Shown piece by piece: positions 44,752-56,900 of a stretch of 64,000 nucleotides of DNA. Origin of the DNA: an uncultured Methanosarcinaceae archaeon (GTDB lineage Archaea > Halobacteriota > Methanosarcinia > Methanosarcinales > Methanosarcinaceae); contig CAWHXP010000002.1 in assembly GCA_963833425.1 (NCBI GenBank), positions 192,001 through 256,000 on the forward strand. The letters are read 5' to 3'. Each line of letters opens with the position of its first letter. Position 1 is the stretch's first letter. The translations under genes were made by a program, and so were the position numbers. The notes beneath the pieces were generated by a model. The model saw only the letters and a program-made list of their open reading frames with translations. It had not been told where the DNA came from and did not search any database.

Positions 44752-45937
44752 TTGACGACAGTTCCTTTATGGTTTTGAGATCTTAAATGTGTAGTCTGGA
44801 GAAGTTTAACGAGTTTTTAGAATATATATTATCCTGAAAGTGGTAAAATTCTTAGAATAATAGACTTAAATCAAATTTCCGACGTTACATTCTACTGAAA
44901 GTAATGAGATTTTTTAATGCTAAAGCTTTTGATATAATGGAATTATTCAAAATTAAATGTTTTTACTTACTTATATGGTTCTTTTTCTTCATGGTTTCCC
45001 TGATTTTCAACATAGTTTTAATTACATCAAAGTTGTACTATCACCCCTAGTTTCAATGTACCTATCTAATCTCAAATTTCCCACCCTAGAAGTAGTTTTA
45101 ATCCAATGGGGACTCTTTAATATTTTTATTATGTGGTACTTTTATAATCTGAATTCCTCTCAAAGGAACATATTTTGGTTCGCTACCAGCGAAAATCTTT
45201 ACCTGATTCTCATGAGTAAATGAGAGCATTTGTGTAACCCATTCTCAACATCGTTATGGACTCGATAAGTTCTTAGGCATAGGTACATTTTTGTGCAGCA
45301 TAAAAATTTGGTGCACTCTGTACATGGCTGCATCATTATAACGATATGGATTTTCAGATGGTAGCTATTTGTGATCAATTTTTCATCAGGGCCGCAGGCT
45401 ATAATATCAGTAAAAGTACTTATGTGATCGATCTAAAACCGCCACTTTCTTTGAGATATCTGAAAAGAGCAAATGTATGAGTATTAGTATAGAGCCTACT
45501 CGAAAAGTAAAGATTATCCTGGCAAAATAACGATATTGATTTAGAGCCTATCCGAAAAGTCAGTAATATATGTTGAAAAGTTACAATAGGTCTATAAAAA
45601 TATTTTTAATAATCCTAAGCAAGTATTATTCTTAATTACTTTTGTTATATCATCACTTAGTAAAAGAGGGAGTCACCAAAAAGTTTTTTTCCCCTCCTCA
45701 AAACATGTCAACACTTAATAGTTTATAAAACTGTTTGGCATGATAATAGAATAGTGGATTGCATTAACTGATTGGGATAAGTAAAGATGTTTAGAGAAAA
45801 TCTAAAGAAAAATGTAGATCACACTCTTCCATCATTGCTTAAGAAGTAATGTCAAAGGCGTTGGATTCAGAGTCAAACATACAGAACTATATTTTATTAA
45901 AATATAAAAGACGAAAGTGAAAATTATATATCAATTT

Positions 45938-46023
45938 GCGAGAGTTGCCCAGCCAGGTCAAAGGCGATAGACTTAAGATCCTTTTACGAAAGTAACTATG
46001 GGTTCAAAATCCCACCCCTCGCA
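45938..46023 (+). tRNA. tRNA-Leu(TAA)-like gene, structurally damaged (probable pseudo-tRNA)
   Basis: GCGAGAG/CCCTCGC acceptor with one A-C mismatch; Leu-type D-arm GCCCAGCCAGGTCAAAGGC; anticodon loop CTTAAGA with 2 stem mismatches; 8-nt T-loop TTCAAAAT; long variable arm; discriminator A. Confidence 0.75.
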
Positions 46024-46540
46024 CTAAAATAGAAGGTAATAGGGATCTTTAAAAAAGTTTACGCAACTGATAAATTCTTACCGTACAGTTTTCAAAATAT
46101 TATATTGTTTATTAACTAAATTAAACTCGTTTTATCATTTTATTTAAATAAAAGTAGGTCTTTTGTACACAATTGCTCTATATTAACAGCACTGTTCTAA
46201 CAATTATATGCCTTAACCTGATCTTCATTTGTATTCGGTTAAGATACAATCTATAAGAAATATGTTGTTTTTGTTATTTCCTACAAAAATACCATGTATG
46301 ATTGAGAATACAAAAGAATGATCCGCTATAATGGAGAAAAGTAGTGATAAAAAAACATCCTTCTCTTTGTAGTCCTTTTGGCAATAATATCAGGCTGTCT
46401 GTTCAGAAAATAGCAGATTTAAGATTCTGTCTATATGGCATTTCAGGAGAGGTCTAAATCCATAAGTTCAGCGTGAAAAGAAACTCTAAAATGGAGCTGA
46501 CCATCACTGTAAAATAAGATCAAAAGGATAGCAATTTCAA

Positions 46541-47707
46541 ATGATCTGTAAAACTATAGTCGAAGGTACAACAAAGGCTCTGGTCCCGATACCTCCTGAG
46601 GATGCAACCTTCCCCCCATCGGCAGCTCAAGTTTTTTATAATCCCGAAATGGAGCTTAACCGCGATATCAATGTTGCAGCCACAGCAGCATTTGTGGAAA
46701 GGCTTCTTTCCAAAAAAAAGATTATAAGGGGGAAAATTAGTTACCTTGACGCATTTTCTGCGTCAGGAATCAGAGGGCTTCGAATAGCAGGAGAAGTGGG
46801 CATACATGCGATCTTAAATGACTGGAGCCAAGAAGCTTTCGAAATTATAAAGGAAAATATCATAATTAACGGGCTTGAGGAAAAAACACTGGCCATCCAC
46901 AAAAACGCAAAATTGTTGCTTCATGAAAAAAAATTCCATATAGTGGATATCGATCCATTTGGCACACCCTCTCCTTTCCTGGATGCAGCTTCTGCATCAG
47001 TACAGAATATGCTCTCGGTTACGGCAACAGATACAGCTCCCCTTTGTGGAGCCCATCTAAATTCAGGAATTCGTAAATATGCTGCTGTTCCTTTGAACAC
47101 GGAGTATCATGGTGAGATGGGCCTGCGAGTCCTTCTGGGAGCTTGTGCAAGAGAACTTTCAAAACATGAAAAAGGGATGTTACCTCTCCTTTCACATGTG
47201 ACACGTCACTACGTCCGCACTTACCTCGAAATTACTCCCGGGACAAAGCATGTTGATAGGACTTTAAAGTCGATGGGTTTTAGTATTCACTGCCCGATTT
47301 GTGGGTTTAGAGGACATGTGTATGGGCTTGCAGTGCACATTGACAAAGAATGCCCTTCATGCAGTGCTCTCACACAAATCGCAGGCCCTTTATGGCTCGG
47401 GCCCTTCAGAGAACCTAACTTCTGTAATGAGGTTATTTCAAAAATCGAAATATATCCTCTAAATACAAAAAACAAAGCAAAAAAATTAATTTTTTTATGT
47501 AGAGATGAACTAGACATTCCTATGTTCTATGATCAACATATGATCTGCAAAGGACTAGGTGCTTCTGCAACCGAAATAAAAACTCTGATCGAAGTCCTTA
47601 AGGACAATGGGTTTGAAGCTTCCAGAACTCACTTCAGCGGAACTTCGTTCAGGACCGATGCACCTATTTTTGAAATAAAAAAAATAATCAGAGACCTTTC
47701 GAGATAA
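46541..47707 (+). CDS. trm1: tRNA (guanine26-N2)-dimethyltransferase
   Basis: VFYNPEMELNRD, SASGIRGLR, DIDPFGTP, VTATD, CxxC...CxxC, AGPLWLG. Confidence 0.96.
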   Translation: MICKTIVEGTTKALVPIPPEDATFPPSAAQVFYNPEMELNRDINVAATAAFVERLLSKKKIIRGKISYLDAFSASGIRGLRIAGEVGIHAILNDWSQEAFEIIKENIIINGLEEKTLAIHKNAKLLLHEKKFHIVDIDPFGTPSPFLDAASASVQNMLSVTATDTAPLCGAHLNSGIRKYAAVPLNTEYHGEMGLRVLLGACARELSKHEKGMLPLLSHVTRHYVRTYLEITPGTKHVDRTLKSMGFSIHCPICGFRGHVYGLAVHIDKECPSCSALTQIAGPLWLGPFREPNFCNEVISKIEIYPLNTKNKAKKLIFLCRDELDIPMFYDQHMICKGLGASATEIKTLIEVLKDNGFEASRTHFSGTSFRTDAPIFEIKKIIRDLSR

Positions 47708-47841
47708 TCAAAATTTAGTTGTCGTTACTATATGCAATCCATGGGGCATGTTCACGCCACAACTTAAGATATAATATATTATTCAAAATTAAATATTTTT
47801 ATTTTATTAAGTTTCACTTTTCAACTATATATGTAGAATTT

Positions 47842-48696
47842 GGTTCCGTTGCAAAAAATCCTTTCTAATGATACGATAGAATAAAAAGAAAACCAAAGAT
47901 AGTAATATGTTATCTAATTCCTTTAAATGGAAGCATTATGGAGGAGGAATTATCCTATTGAATGTAAGATGGTACTTAAAATATCCATTAAGCTATAGAA
48001 ATTTAAAGGAAATGATGATAGAAAGAGAAATTCAAGTTGATCACAGTACTATAATGAGATGGGTACATCAATATTCCCCTGAAATAGAAAAGAAAATAAG
48101 AAGACATTTAAGATTAACAAACTATTCGTGGAGAGTTGATGAAACCTATATCAAAGTAAAAGGTAAATGGAAATATTTTTATCGAGCAGTTGACTCAAAT
48201 GGAAAAACAATTGATTTCATGTTAAGTGCAAAACGAAATAGAAAAGCAGCGAATAGATTCTTTAAGAAAGCTTTGAGTTCTAATCATAATCGAATTCCAA
48301 GAGTAATAACAGTTGATAAGAATCCAGCTTATCCGCCTGCTATAGATAAATTAAAAATTGATAAAATACTACCTAAAAACGTAGGCATTAGACAAATCAA
48401 GTATTTGAATAACATTATAGAACAAGATCATAGATCTATAAAGCGGATAGTTCATTCAATGTTAGGATTTCAGTCTTTTCGATCTGCTAATAAAACTTTA
48501 AAAGTAATTGAAGCTATGAATATGATTAAAAAAAGACAAGTCAATAATTTAAATTACTCGGTTCCTAATGAAGTCAAATACATTAATCACTTATTTGGTA
48601 TAGTTATATAATGTTGGTACATTTTCTTTGAATATTTTGATTTTTATTAATTACTTATAGATTTACATATTTTTTTGAAGTTTTTGCAACGGAACC
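47842..48696 (+). mobile_element. Complete IS6-family insertion sequence (855 bp)
   Basis: Perfect 16-bp IRs GGTTCCGTTGCAAAAA / TTTTTGCAACGGAACC; no target duplication seen. Confidence 0.95.
47907..48611 (+). CDS. IS6-family DDE transposase
   Basis: VRWYL..PLSYR, WRVDETYIKVKG, YRAVD, ITVDK, YLNNIIEQDHR. Confidence 0.95.
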   Translation: MLSNSFKWKHYGGGIILLNVRWYLKYPLSYRNLKEMMIEREIQVDHSTIMRWVHQYSPEIEKKIRRHLRLTNYSWRVDETYIKVKGKWKYFYRAVDSNGKTIDFMLSAKRNRKAANRFFKKALSSNHNRIPRVITVDKNPAYPPAIDKLKIDKILPKNVGIRQIKYLNNIIEQDHRSIKRIVHSMLGFQSFRSANKTLKVIEAMNMIKKRQVNNLNYSVPNEVKYINHLFGIVI

Positions 48697-48945
48697 CCAA
48701 AAACAAACTCATTTTATGAAGAAGCGGTAATTTAGAGTATTAACAAAAATAAATGGAGCGATGGTTCACTTTATCTCTGACTAAAGAACATAGTACTCGT
48801 GACCCTCCAAAATCCAGAAGTAATGAATCGGTAAAAAGTTGAAGGTTGAGATTTTGCTATATTATAGATAAGCCATTAAAAGATAGTAAAAAGCTTTAGC
48901 TCAGATTCAAAAAAATAAGCTACTAATAAATTTCACTGTGATATT

Positions 48946-49578
48946 ATGCCCGATGAAAATGCAGAAAAGTTATTTTTACAGGAAAAACCCACTCTTACGT
49001 TGTTATTTATAGGCTCTATGGAAAAGACATATGCTTCGGTTATTTCAAAAGAAATCGACTCCACGTTTGCTCATACAACGAGAATTTTAGCGAAAATGGA
49101 ACATTCCGGACTCATAAGATTCACACTCGATGGACGAATAAAATTTGTCGAACTTACTGGATACGGAAAGGAGGTTGAAAATGCCCTTAAAGATTTCAGG
49201 AATATTATCTCAGAGGAGATAATTGTAGAAAAAGCACATGAAGAAGAGTCTGAAAAAGAAGACTTAAATGAAATAAAAAGAGAAAATATCGAAGAAGAAA
49301 AAAAGGAAGAACTTGGCTATATAGAAGAACTTGACCCTATAAATGCTGAAATTCTTAAAAAAATAAAAACCCTCACAAGTAAGATGGAAAGCATCCACAG
49401 GGGTGTATTAGAGCAGGGGGATAGCAAAGATGCAATATCCCGAAAACTCGGCCCTTATAGCCGGGACATTAAAAAACTGCAAAATCAGATTACAAAGGCT
49501 GAAACTCCTATCAATGAAACTGTTATATTAGCCCTAAAAGAAAGTGGAAGACTTCTGGAATCTTACCTGAAGGGTTAA
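48946..49578 (+). CDS. Winged-helix (MarR-like) DNA-binding protein with acidic linker
   Basis: YASVISKEIDSTFAHTTRIL, GRIKFVELT. Confidence 0.75.
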   Translation: MPDENAEKLFLQEKPTLTLLFIGSMEKTYASVISKEIDSTFAHTTRILAKMEHSGLIRFTLDGRIKFVELTGYGKEVENALKDFRNIISEEIIVEKAHEEESEKEDLNEIKRENIEEEKKEELGYIEELDPINAEILKKIKTLTSKMESIHRGVLEQGDSKDAISRKLGPYSRDIKKLQNQITKAETPINETVILALKESGRLLESYLKG

Positions 49579-49738
49579 GATCGAGTTGTCTAATTCCAGA
49601 AAAAGAACTTTTAAATATTTATGGGATTGCCATAATTTATCTGTAATTGTATTAGCTATCTAATGCGATCGATTCAAAATGCAGAAAAAGAATTAAAAAT
49701 TTTCAAAAAATATACAGAAGTCCGCTATAGGAAAAAAT

Positions 49739-50452
49739 ATGATCAAAGTTGTAACACTCCAGCATGTTTACGGGAAAAACAGGGAACAGCTGACGGGCTT
49801 TCTGAAAACCCTGATTGAGAATGATTTGAAAAATCTTGAAGTAAAGGTTGATATATCCATTACTTCGAAAAAATTGGTTGAAGTGTTTCTTGAAGGTGAG
49901 GATGAAGAAGTATCTGCCAATGTACTAATCTCGAGGTATGGTACTCCTGCGGTAAAAGCTGAACATGGGACGAAATATATGGGATTCCTTCAAGCTTTTT
50001 TAGAAGATGCTTTTCTGGTTAATATCGGCATACATGTCAGGGTTGAAACCGAAGAATTAAAAGCTATGGGGGGCGGAAAACCAAAACAAATTGCGTCGAG
50101 ATTCGGCTTGATACCTAATCTTCCCGTTGAAATCGAAGTTTTTGAGACAAAAAAAGGAATTAAAACCCGTTTTACCAATAAACAGCTTGATCTGTGGTGG
50201 AAGTGGAAGAAAGCAAGTACTGACAGGGTTACAGTTAATGGAGCAACTCGTTCGGAGATTAAATACGTAATAAAAAAGACCGGCCACAGTAGAGATATTT
50301 ATGGGATAGAGCGCCTTGGGTTATTGGAACATGTAGTAGTATGCCGGGAAAACACAGATGGCCCTGGCATAGTGGCATCAATAGGGCCTTATCTGCAATC
50401 AGATATTGGAGTAGTAATCGGAGATGCACACCGAAGAATTTGCCGAAAATGA
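49739..50452 (+). CDS. Conserved archaeal protein, DUF2110-like
   Basis: Long ORF; GEDEEVSAN, GHSRDI..IERLGLLE, TDGPGIV motifs. Confidence 0.7.
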   Translation: MIKVVTLQHVYGKNREQLTGFLKTLIENDLKNLEVKVDISITSKKLVEVFLEGEDEEVSANVLISRYGTPAVKAEHGTKYMGFLQAFLEDAFLVNIGIHVRVETEELKAMGGGKPKQIASRFGLIPNLPVEIEVFETKKGIKTRFTNKQLDLWWKWKKASTDRVTVNGATRSEIKYVIKKTGHSRDIYGIERLGLLEHVVVCRENTDGPGIVASIGPYLQSDIGVVIGDAHRRICRK

Positions 50453-51707
50453 GTTGAGGCTCGATATATAATCTTTTAGCCAGAAAGTGCTTTTCGCAGA
50501 TCCCCCCTCAAAAAAATAGTAAAATATCTTTTTTCTCTATTAAGGAAAAAATGGTTTTATCACGAAAGTTCTCTGAAACATTTTAGAACAAAGCATTTTG
50601 TAACACAAAAAACACTGTACTTAGAGTACGAATTTTTGTTGTATAAAAAGTATTTTCTATTTGCTTTGTAACATCTTCGATGCAGAGAAAGTACAATAAT
50701 TGACGAATTGTGGCATTTTCTTTGCTGATACAGTTTTCTTGGGAGGCCTCGAAGAGGCCTCCCTTATATGCCATATTTTTTTAGCTATAAGGGCGACGAA
50801 TTTAATCTATTTAATGTTGGAGCTGTCAAATGTAAAATAAGTGAAAATCAAAATTAGTGAAAAAAAGAATAGATTTTTAAGTCCATTCTAATTTAATAGC
50901 TTCATCGCAATCCTCTATAATTAATTGCTGATTTAATCATGATTTAGTGTTTTACCAGGAACTATAATAAGTCTTGAAACCATAATCTTGGAAAGGTGAA
51001 GTCTGAAAACTCTATTTCTCAGACCAATTTTAAAATGTTACTCGAGGTCATTGCCTCATTCAGTCAGGTATCTTCACATGTAACACAGTCAAAGCATAGT
51101 TTTATCAAGAGATATCTCAATTATAGGAGATTAATCCATATAGCTTCTGCAGACTTTCTTAGGTCTAAATCATTTCTTTGGCAATATTCCACTCAGTTTT
51201 TAATTAACAAGAATTATATCTATCTCTGATTATATAGAATTGATCTAATAGTATAGATGGTAATATGAAGATGTATACACAAGTGGAATTTGTTTGCATA
51301 CTTGGCATATCATTCATTGAGAGTTAGATTATTTATTAAGCTGCTGTCACAATAAAAAATAAATGGCATCTCTGTGTACATCTATAGAAAGGGGATAAAG
51401 GATAATTTAATAAAATCTGTCGCTCATTTTATGCAACACAAAGAAAAAAGAGAAAAAAGATTACCTGAATAGGTACTAACCAAGCTATCTCAAACATTTT
51501 GCTGTAAGAAAAGAAGAGGCTATTTTTATAAGCTAGGCTTATAAATTTGATATTAATTATTACATCGCAACTGATTACTTTCAACCCTAAATTCTCATGA
51601 TTGCTAATCTGCCAAGGTTATAAGTTTGGGAAATTATCGCGAATTTTATGGATAGCTTATTAACAATTTTAATTGCGCAAAATTAAAAGATTAAAGGAAG
51701 TATTACT

Positions 51708-52688
51708 TTGAACTTGGAAAAGCTTGCGAAAAGGCTAAAAAACTTTGAAGGAGTCTTTCGGAAAAAGCAGATTGAGGATATTGTTTCAATCTTTGAAGCT
51801 GTTCGTCCTGAATATAAGAACTCAGTCGTCGATTTCGGAGACGATGCAGCAGTAATAGATATAGGAGGGGATGATTTCATCCTCTTTGCAGCGGATGGAA
51901 TATGGGGGAGGTTACTTGATGCTAGTCCCTGGTGGGCAGGCTATGGAGCTGTGGTAGTGAACGTCAACGATATAACAGCAATGGGTGGAAAGCCACTTGC
52001 CATGGTAGATGTAGTTTCTTCAAACTCCCCGAAAGTTTGCAGGGAATTCATGGAAGGCCTAGCTGAAGGGGTTAGGAAATTTGGAGTTCCGATAGTTGGA
52101 GGACATGTACATCCTGATGTCCCGTATAATTCCCTTTCAGTTGCTATTATAGGGATAGTTAAAAGGGATTGCTTAATTCGGAGCGATACAGCAAATTATG
52201 GAGATCTTGTGATTGCAGTCTATGATATGGACGGAAAAATAGGGCCTAACTCCCCCTACAGTTGGGACACGACATCTTTCAAATCACCGGAAATCATCAG
52301 GAAAACCTACCTTGTAACCCAGGAAATTGGACAGAGAAAATTTGCCACTGCGGGCAAAGACATAAGCAACCCTGGACTGATAGGGACACTTGGAATGCTT
52401 TGTGAAACCAGCGGTGTTGGCGCCTCTGTGGATCTCGAAAGAGTCCCTAGACCTGAGAATGTGGACTTTGAACAATGGCTGAAAGTGCATCCTGGAACAG
52501 GTTACGTATTTACAGCATACCATGAGAAAGCAAAAGAATGCATAAATGTTTTTAAAGAAGTTGGGCTTACAGCTGTAGTTATTGGAAAAATCGAAAAAGG
52601 CTCAAAACTCGATATATACGACAAATCAGATAGAGTAACTGTTTTTGATTTCTCAAAAGAAGGTATCACAGGCATTTATTCCGAATAA
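51708..52688 (+). CDS. Methanogenesis marker 2 protein (AIR synthase/PurM-like)
   Basis: FGDDAAVI, LFAADGIW, NVNDITAMGG, GGHVHP, KDISNPGLIGT. Confidence 0.88.
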   Translation: MNLEKLAKRLKNFEGVFRKKQIEDIVSIFEAVRPEYKNSVVDFGDDAAVIDIGGDDFILFAADGIWGRLLDASPWWAGYGAVVVNVNDITAMGGKPLAMVDVVSSNSPKVCREFMEGLAEGVRKFGVPIVGGHVHPDVPYNSLSVAIIGIVKRDCLIRSDTANYGDLVIAVYDMDGKIGPNSPYSWDTTSFKSPEIIRKTYLVTQEIGQRKFATAGKDISNPGLIGTLGMLCETSGVGASVDLERVPRPENVDFEQWLKVHPGTGYVFTAYHEKAKECINVFKEVGLTAVVIGKIEKGSKLDIYDKSDRVTVFDFSKEGITGIYSE

Positions 52689-52799
52689 TCTGAATTTTTC
52701 TACCTGCTTTAAATTCCTACTAGAGTGAGAATTTTATTTTTGCTGCTATTTCAATCTGGTATTTCTGTCAATCTGACCCTTGGTCCGGATTTAATAGGA

Positions 52800-53108
52800 T
52801 CACTGTTTTTCAATCCATTCCTTCATTTCTTCGTAAAGGAATTTTTCAGCGGTCTGAACTCTCTCTAGAGGGCCGCGCAGAGCCAAAAGTTCTCTTTCTT
52901 CGCTGTTTGCGACCCCTACGAATATCTTTCTGGTTACAGGCTCAAGGTCAAATTCTTCGATTATATCGTAGATAATAGACACAATCGTGCCAGGGGGAAT
53001 TATCAGATCATACAACGCTTCGATATCTAAATCGCCGCATTCTTCCGTTTTTTCTTTTTCAAAATGCTTTGCTGTGATTAATTCATCAAGGTTCAGTATT
53101 TTATGCAT
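52800..53108 (-). CDS. Hypothetical protein
   Basis: GGTGA-like RBS; globular acidic sequence LYDLIIPPGT...LALRG; no function recognised. Confidence 0.65.
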   Translation of the reverse strand: MHKILNLDELITAKHFEKEKTEECGDLDIEALYDLIIPPGTIVSIIYDIIEEFDLEPVTRKIFVGVANSEERELLALRGPLERVQTAEKFLYEEMKEWIEKQ

Positions 53109-53914
53109 CCTGGGTCACCTTCTTCCTGCTTTCTTATTCTTCAGCTTCCAATATCTCTGGACAAGAAGCAAATCCAAACTAAATTAAGTGTATTAGATTT
53201 TTGCATACGCGTCGTCCTAGAGATAAATCAGATAGATCCAAATAATTGTCAGGCATGTTAAGCAATTTATATGACTCTTTTTTGTATCAACTTGTGATAG
53301 ATATGATTGTGTCTCTGATCTAGATGTTTATTTGTAGAAGTTGGTAATTCATTTTATTACTAAGGTTCTAGTCTTTAAGCTATACATCCTTATTATAATT
53401 ATCAGTAGTTCCGATTTTATGCAGTTCCGAATGATTACTATTATTTTTGCCAATTTTTCCTAAGTTATTCACAAGAAAGAAATTATCCATTAATCTTGAT
53501 CCAATTTTTTTGTAATCGTCCCTAAAAATTCAACGTTATAAAGTTATAAAGTAGAAATTAGGTATAATTTTACTAAGCTATTTCGTAATTTTTGTGAGTA
53601 TATTTTTGAGTTCATTAATCTAGTGCCAACGCTGAATTGATAGTGTGCCTGAAGTTCTGTAAAGTGTGATTGATTCTGCATTCTTTATATTCAACGCAAA
53701 AATTAGGATGCAGAGCAAATTATTTTACTAACAAATATTACGTTTCAATTGTTTTCACTAATGCATATTTTTAAAATAAAAATTATGCATCCGTGAACAT
53801 AAGAAAGGCAGATATTTTCTAAGCATAACTACGGACTCAGAATCCTGTAATCTTTTACATAACTTTTGGTACGCCGTCAATCAGTTTAATCATGTACTTT
53901 CTGTTAAATTAAAA

Positions 53915-53934
53915 AAGGAGTTTTTTGACTCCTT
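53915..53934 (-). terminator. Hairpin plus T-run after the multicopper oxidase gene
   Basis: AAGGAGT / ACTCCTT stem with flanking A- and T-runs, about 25 bp past the stop. Confidence 0.5.
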
Positions 53935-53959
53935 ATTTTTTTAGTCACTATCTAACGTG

Positions 53960-56900
53960 TTATCCCCAATTCAAGGGAAGAAATGTACTATACCCCGACT
54001 CATGGTGGAATCCATGTTTTTCTGAGCACTTGTTTACATTAATATAATCAGTCTTTGATGCACTAGCGTATTTTGTACTATCAGCTGGCACGAAAGTAAC
54101 GTGCAATGGCTGATTTTGACCTGTACTTAATACAGCGTCTACATCTGGATTATAGTAGAAAATGCCAGGTATCGTGGCTCCAGATACTGGATCTAAAGCA
54201 CTTGCATCTAATTGATCATAGCTCAATGGCATTCCCTGACATATGTCAGCAGGATTATTCCAGGTAATGGAATGGGTGTCTGCGATGTTGGAGAACGCCG
54301 AGTCGGCTGAAGTATGCGGGAAGCCTGCCGAGGGTGTGGGGTATACTGTAGTATCTCCAACCACGTTGTTAGCCTGAACCCTGTAGTAGTATCTCTTATT
54401 CTGCTTGATCGTGGTATCGGTGTACTTGACCACGTTTGGCCCGACCATGAAGGTAGTCAATCCCACCGTGAAGCTCGGGTCATCCGCCCTTTGGATGGTG
54501 AAGCCAGTCTCCGAGATCGAGTTGTCCTTCCAGGATAATTCCACGCTGCTCCCCTTAGGAGTTGCTTTCAGGTCGGTGGGCTGCCTCGGCGCAACTGCGA
54601 AGATCTCTGCGTGCATCATGTCATTCTCTTCGTGGCCCAGGACGTGGCAATGGTATACGTACTCCCAGCCGTAGTTGACCTTGTGGTTGACCGCTGTCAC
54701 CGGGTTGCCCTGTGGGTCCTTGTATCCACCGAGCGGTCCTTGCAGGACCACGCCGTCAGGCATGGATGGATCAATAGAGCGGATGACGTTGGGAATCTCA
54801 AAGGGCTGGTTCTTGGGGGTTGTCGGCCGAAGAGCCACGATCGCGAAAGTCATCGGGTTCACTCTGACTGTCTCCTTCCAGCCCAGCTCGTTGGCGTCGG
54901 GAAGCACTATCTTACCATCCATGGCCAAGCGGTTGATCAGCTGTACGTTGTACAGATGGAAGTGCATGGGATGGGTGTCTCCGCCGTTGTGCGTGATCTT
55001 CCAAATCTGGGTTCCATCGCTAGCCACCGCCAGCGGCTCACTAATGACTTTAGAGTCATTAATGATCTCGACCGGTGGGCTGACGTAGGGGTACAGAATG
55101 TAGTTCTGGGTCCCGGAGGTCGGGGATAGTTCAAGCCCCAGCAAGCCGATCATGCGCCCGTAGTCGAGGTCATACGCATAGGGCATCATGTCCTGAATGG
55201 CCTTCTGTTGCAGCGGGATAGTCACCGTTTTCCCAGAGAGCGTCGTGAATGTCAGGGAATTTACACCGTTGCTCACGTTCTGGTCAGGGAAATTCGCGTT
55301 GTACGCACTGTTGTAGCTTGGCTGCGGCACTAAGATGGGATCCTGGCTCGTCTCGAAGACACCCCTCTTCATTGTGGTCTTGGCAAACGTTGCGTTCAAT
55401 GCGGCTAGATTATAGGGAGCGAGGGGCTGGCCATCCGATCTCGTGGCGCTCACGTTGATTTGCATAATAGTCCTGGTATTGGGACCGTAGCCTGCCTGGG
55501 TCGAAGGTGCCCCGCCAATGTTTGTCTGGTCAGGGTCGCCCGTATAGTAGTCGTAGCGGCTGTCGGGCGCTGGGAACCCAGCGGGAGCGTCGTTGTACAG
55601 GATGAGGGTCTTGCCGGCGTACTTCGAGAAGTCAACGATGACGTCGGCCCGCTCGGCACAGCCCAGCAACAGAGAGTGCTTGTCTACGTTGCCGAAGTTG
55701 GAGGAGGTCGGGTCCATGTTCCATGTGATCGGCTGGCTGTCGATGACAGCCGGCGCGGGCAGGAAGCCGCCTTCAGTGCCTATTTGGTAGAACGAAGGGC
55801 CCGCAGTCTTTGGATCTGGCACTCCGCCTGTATCTAATCTAGCGCTTGTCGCTGGGACCATGCTGACCTCAGTATTAGTCCTGCCGTCCGCTGTGACGAT
55901 CGTCGAGTTGGCCACGTACAGCTGCAGGTTCCAGAACCGGTCGTTTGCAGCGTTCAGGATACGGAACCTGTAGGCCTTTGGCTCGACATCTAAGGACGGG
56001 TAGGCTGCGCCGTTGATCAAGGGCGTATCCATATACGCTTCCATCACCAAGGATGGGTGGGGAGTACCGGGTATCATTGGCGGTTCCCATGGCGCATTGA
56101 CCGGGTCATAATATGGGTTCTTGATTGGCGGGTATTTGAGATCTGGAGCCGGCGCACTCAGATTGAACCAAGCGGCGTAGTCCCACCTACCGAAGGGGTT
56201 AATCGGATTCACCGACGAGTTGTTCTGGGTGGGCATGTACACGTGAGGGTACCAGATATCACCGGTATTGGGCACTGGTGGAGTCGTCCCCCACTTCCAA
56301 GTCGGGTCCTGGGCGGAGATCGTGCTTTTGTCCACAAATATCTTGTCCTGAATGATCAGGGGTGTGCCGAGGCCCGGTAACAACTTCTGCAAGCCCGGAT
56401 TGACGCCCGTTACGTTTGTCCCCGCTATCAGATCCTGCTCGACTTTATCTGTTATCAGGTAGCCTGCGGCTTCGCCCGCGTACACATTCAAGCGGGTGAT
56501 ACCCCATGCGTGGTCGTGGAAGAACATCAGCCGGGCACTCTGCTCGTTATTGTAGTAGAAGGTTAACGTACCTTGGGGCTCATATCCGCCATCCATGTCC
56601 GGGACGTTGTATACGCTCACGCCTTGGGGATACGAGGTCTTCTCACCTGAGGGGGTCGTCCACATGTGAGGTGAACCATCGCTGATCCACGGGACGAAGC
56701 CACCGTGCAGGTGAATATCAGCCCGATTCTCAGTGTAATTCATCGGCTTAGCATCCATGCCTAGCGGACCCATACCCGCGCCCATGGCCGTGTGATCCAC
56801 AGGTATGAATAGGTTGCCGGCGTCACCAGTCGGAAGTTTGTTAATGAACTTGATACGTACCGGCCTGTCCTTATTAGCGATGACTAGGGGTCCCAGATAG

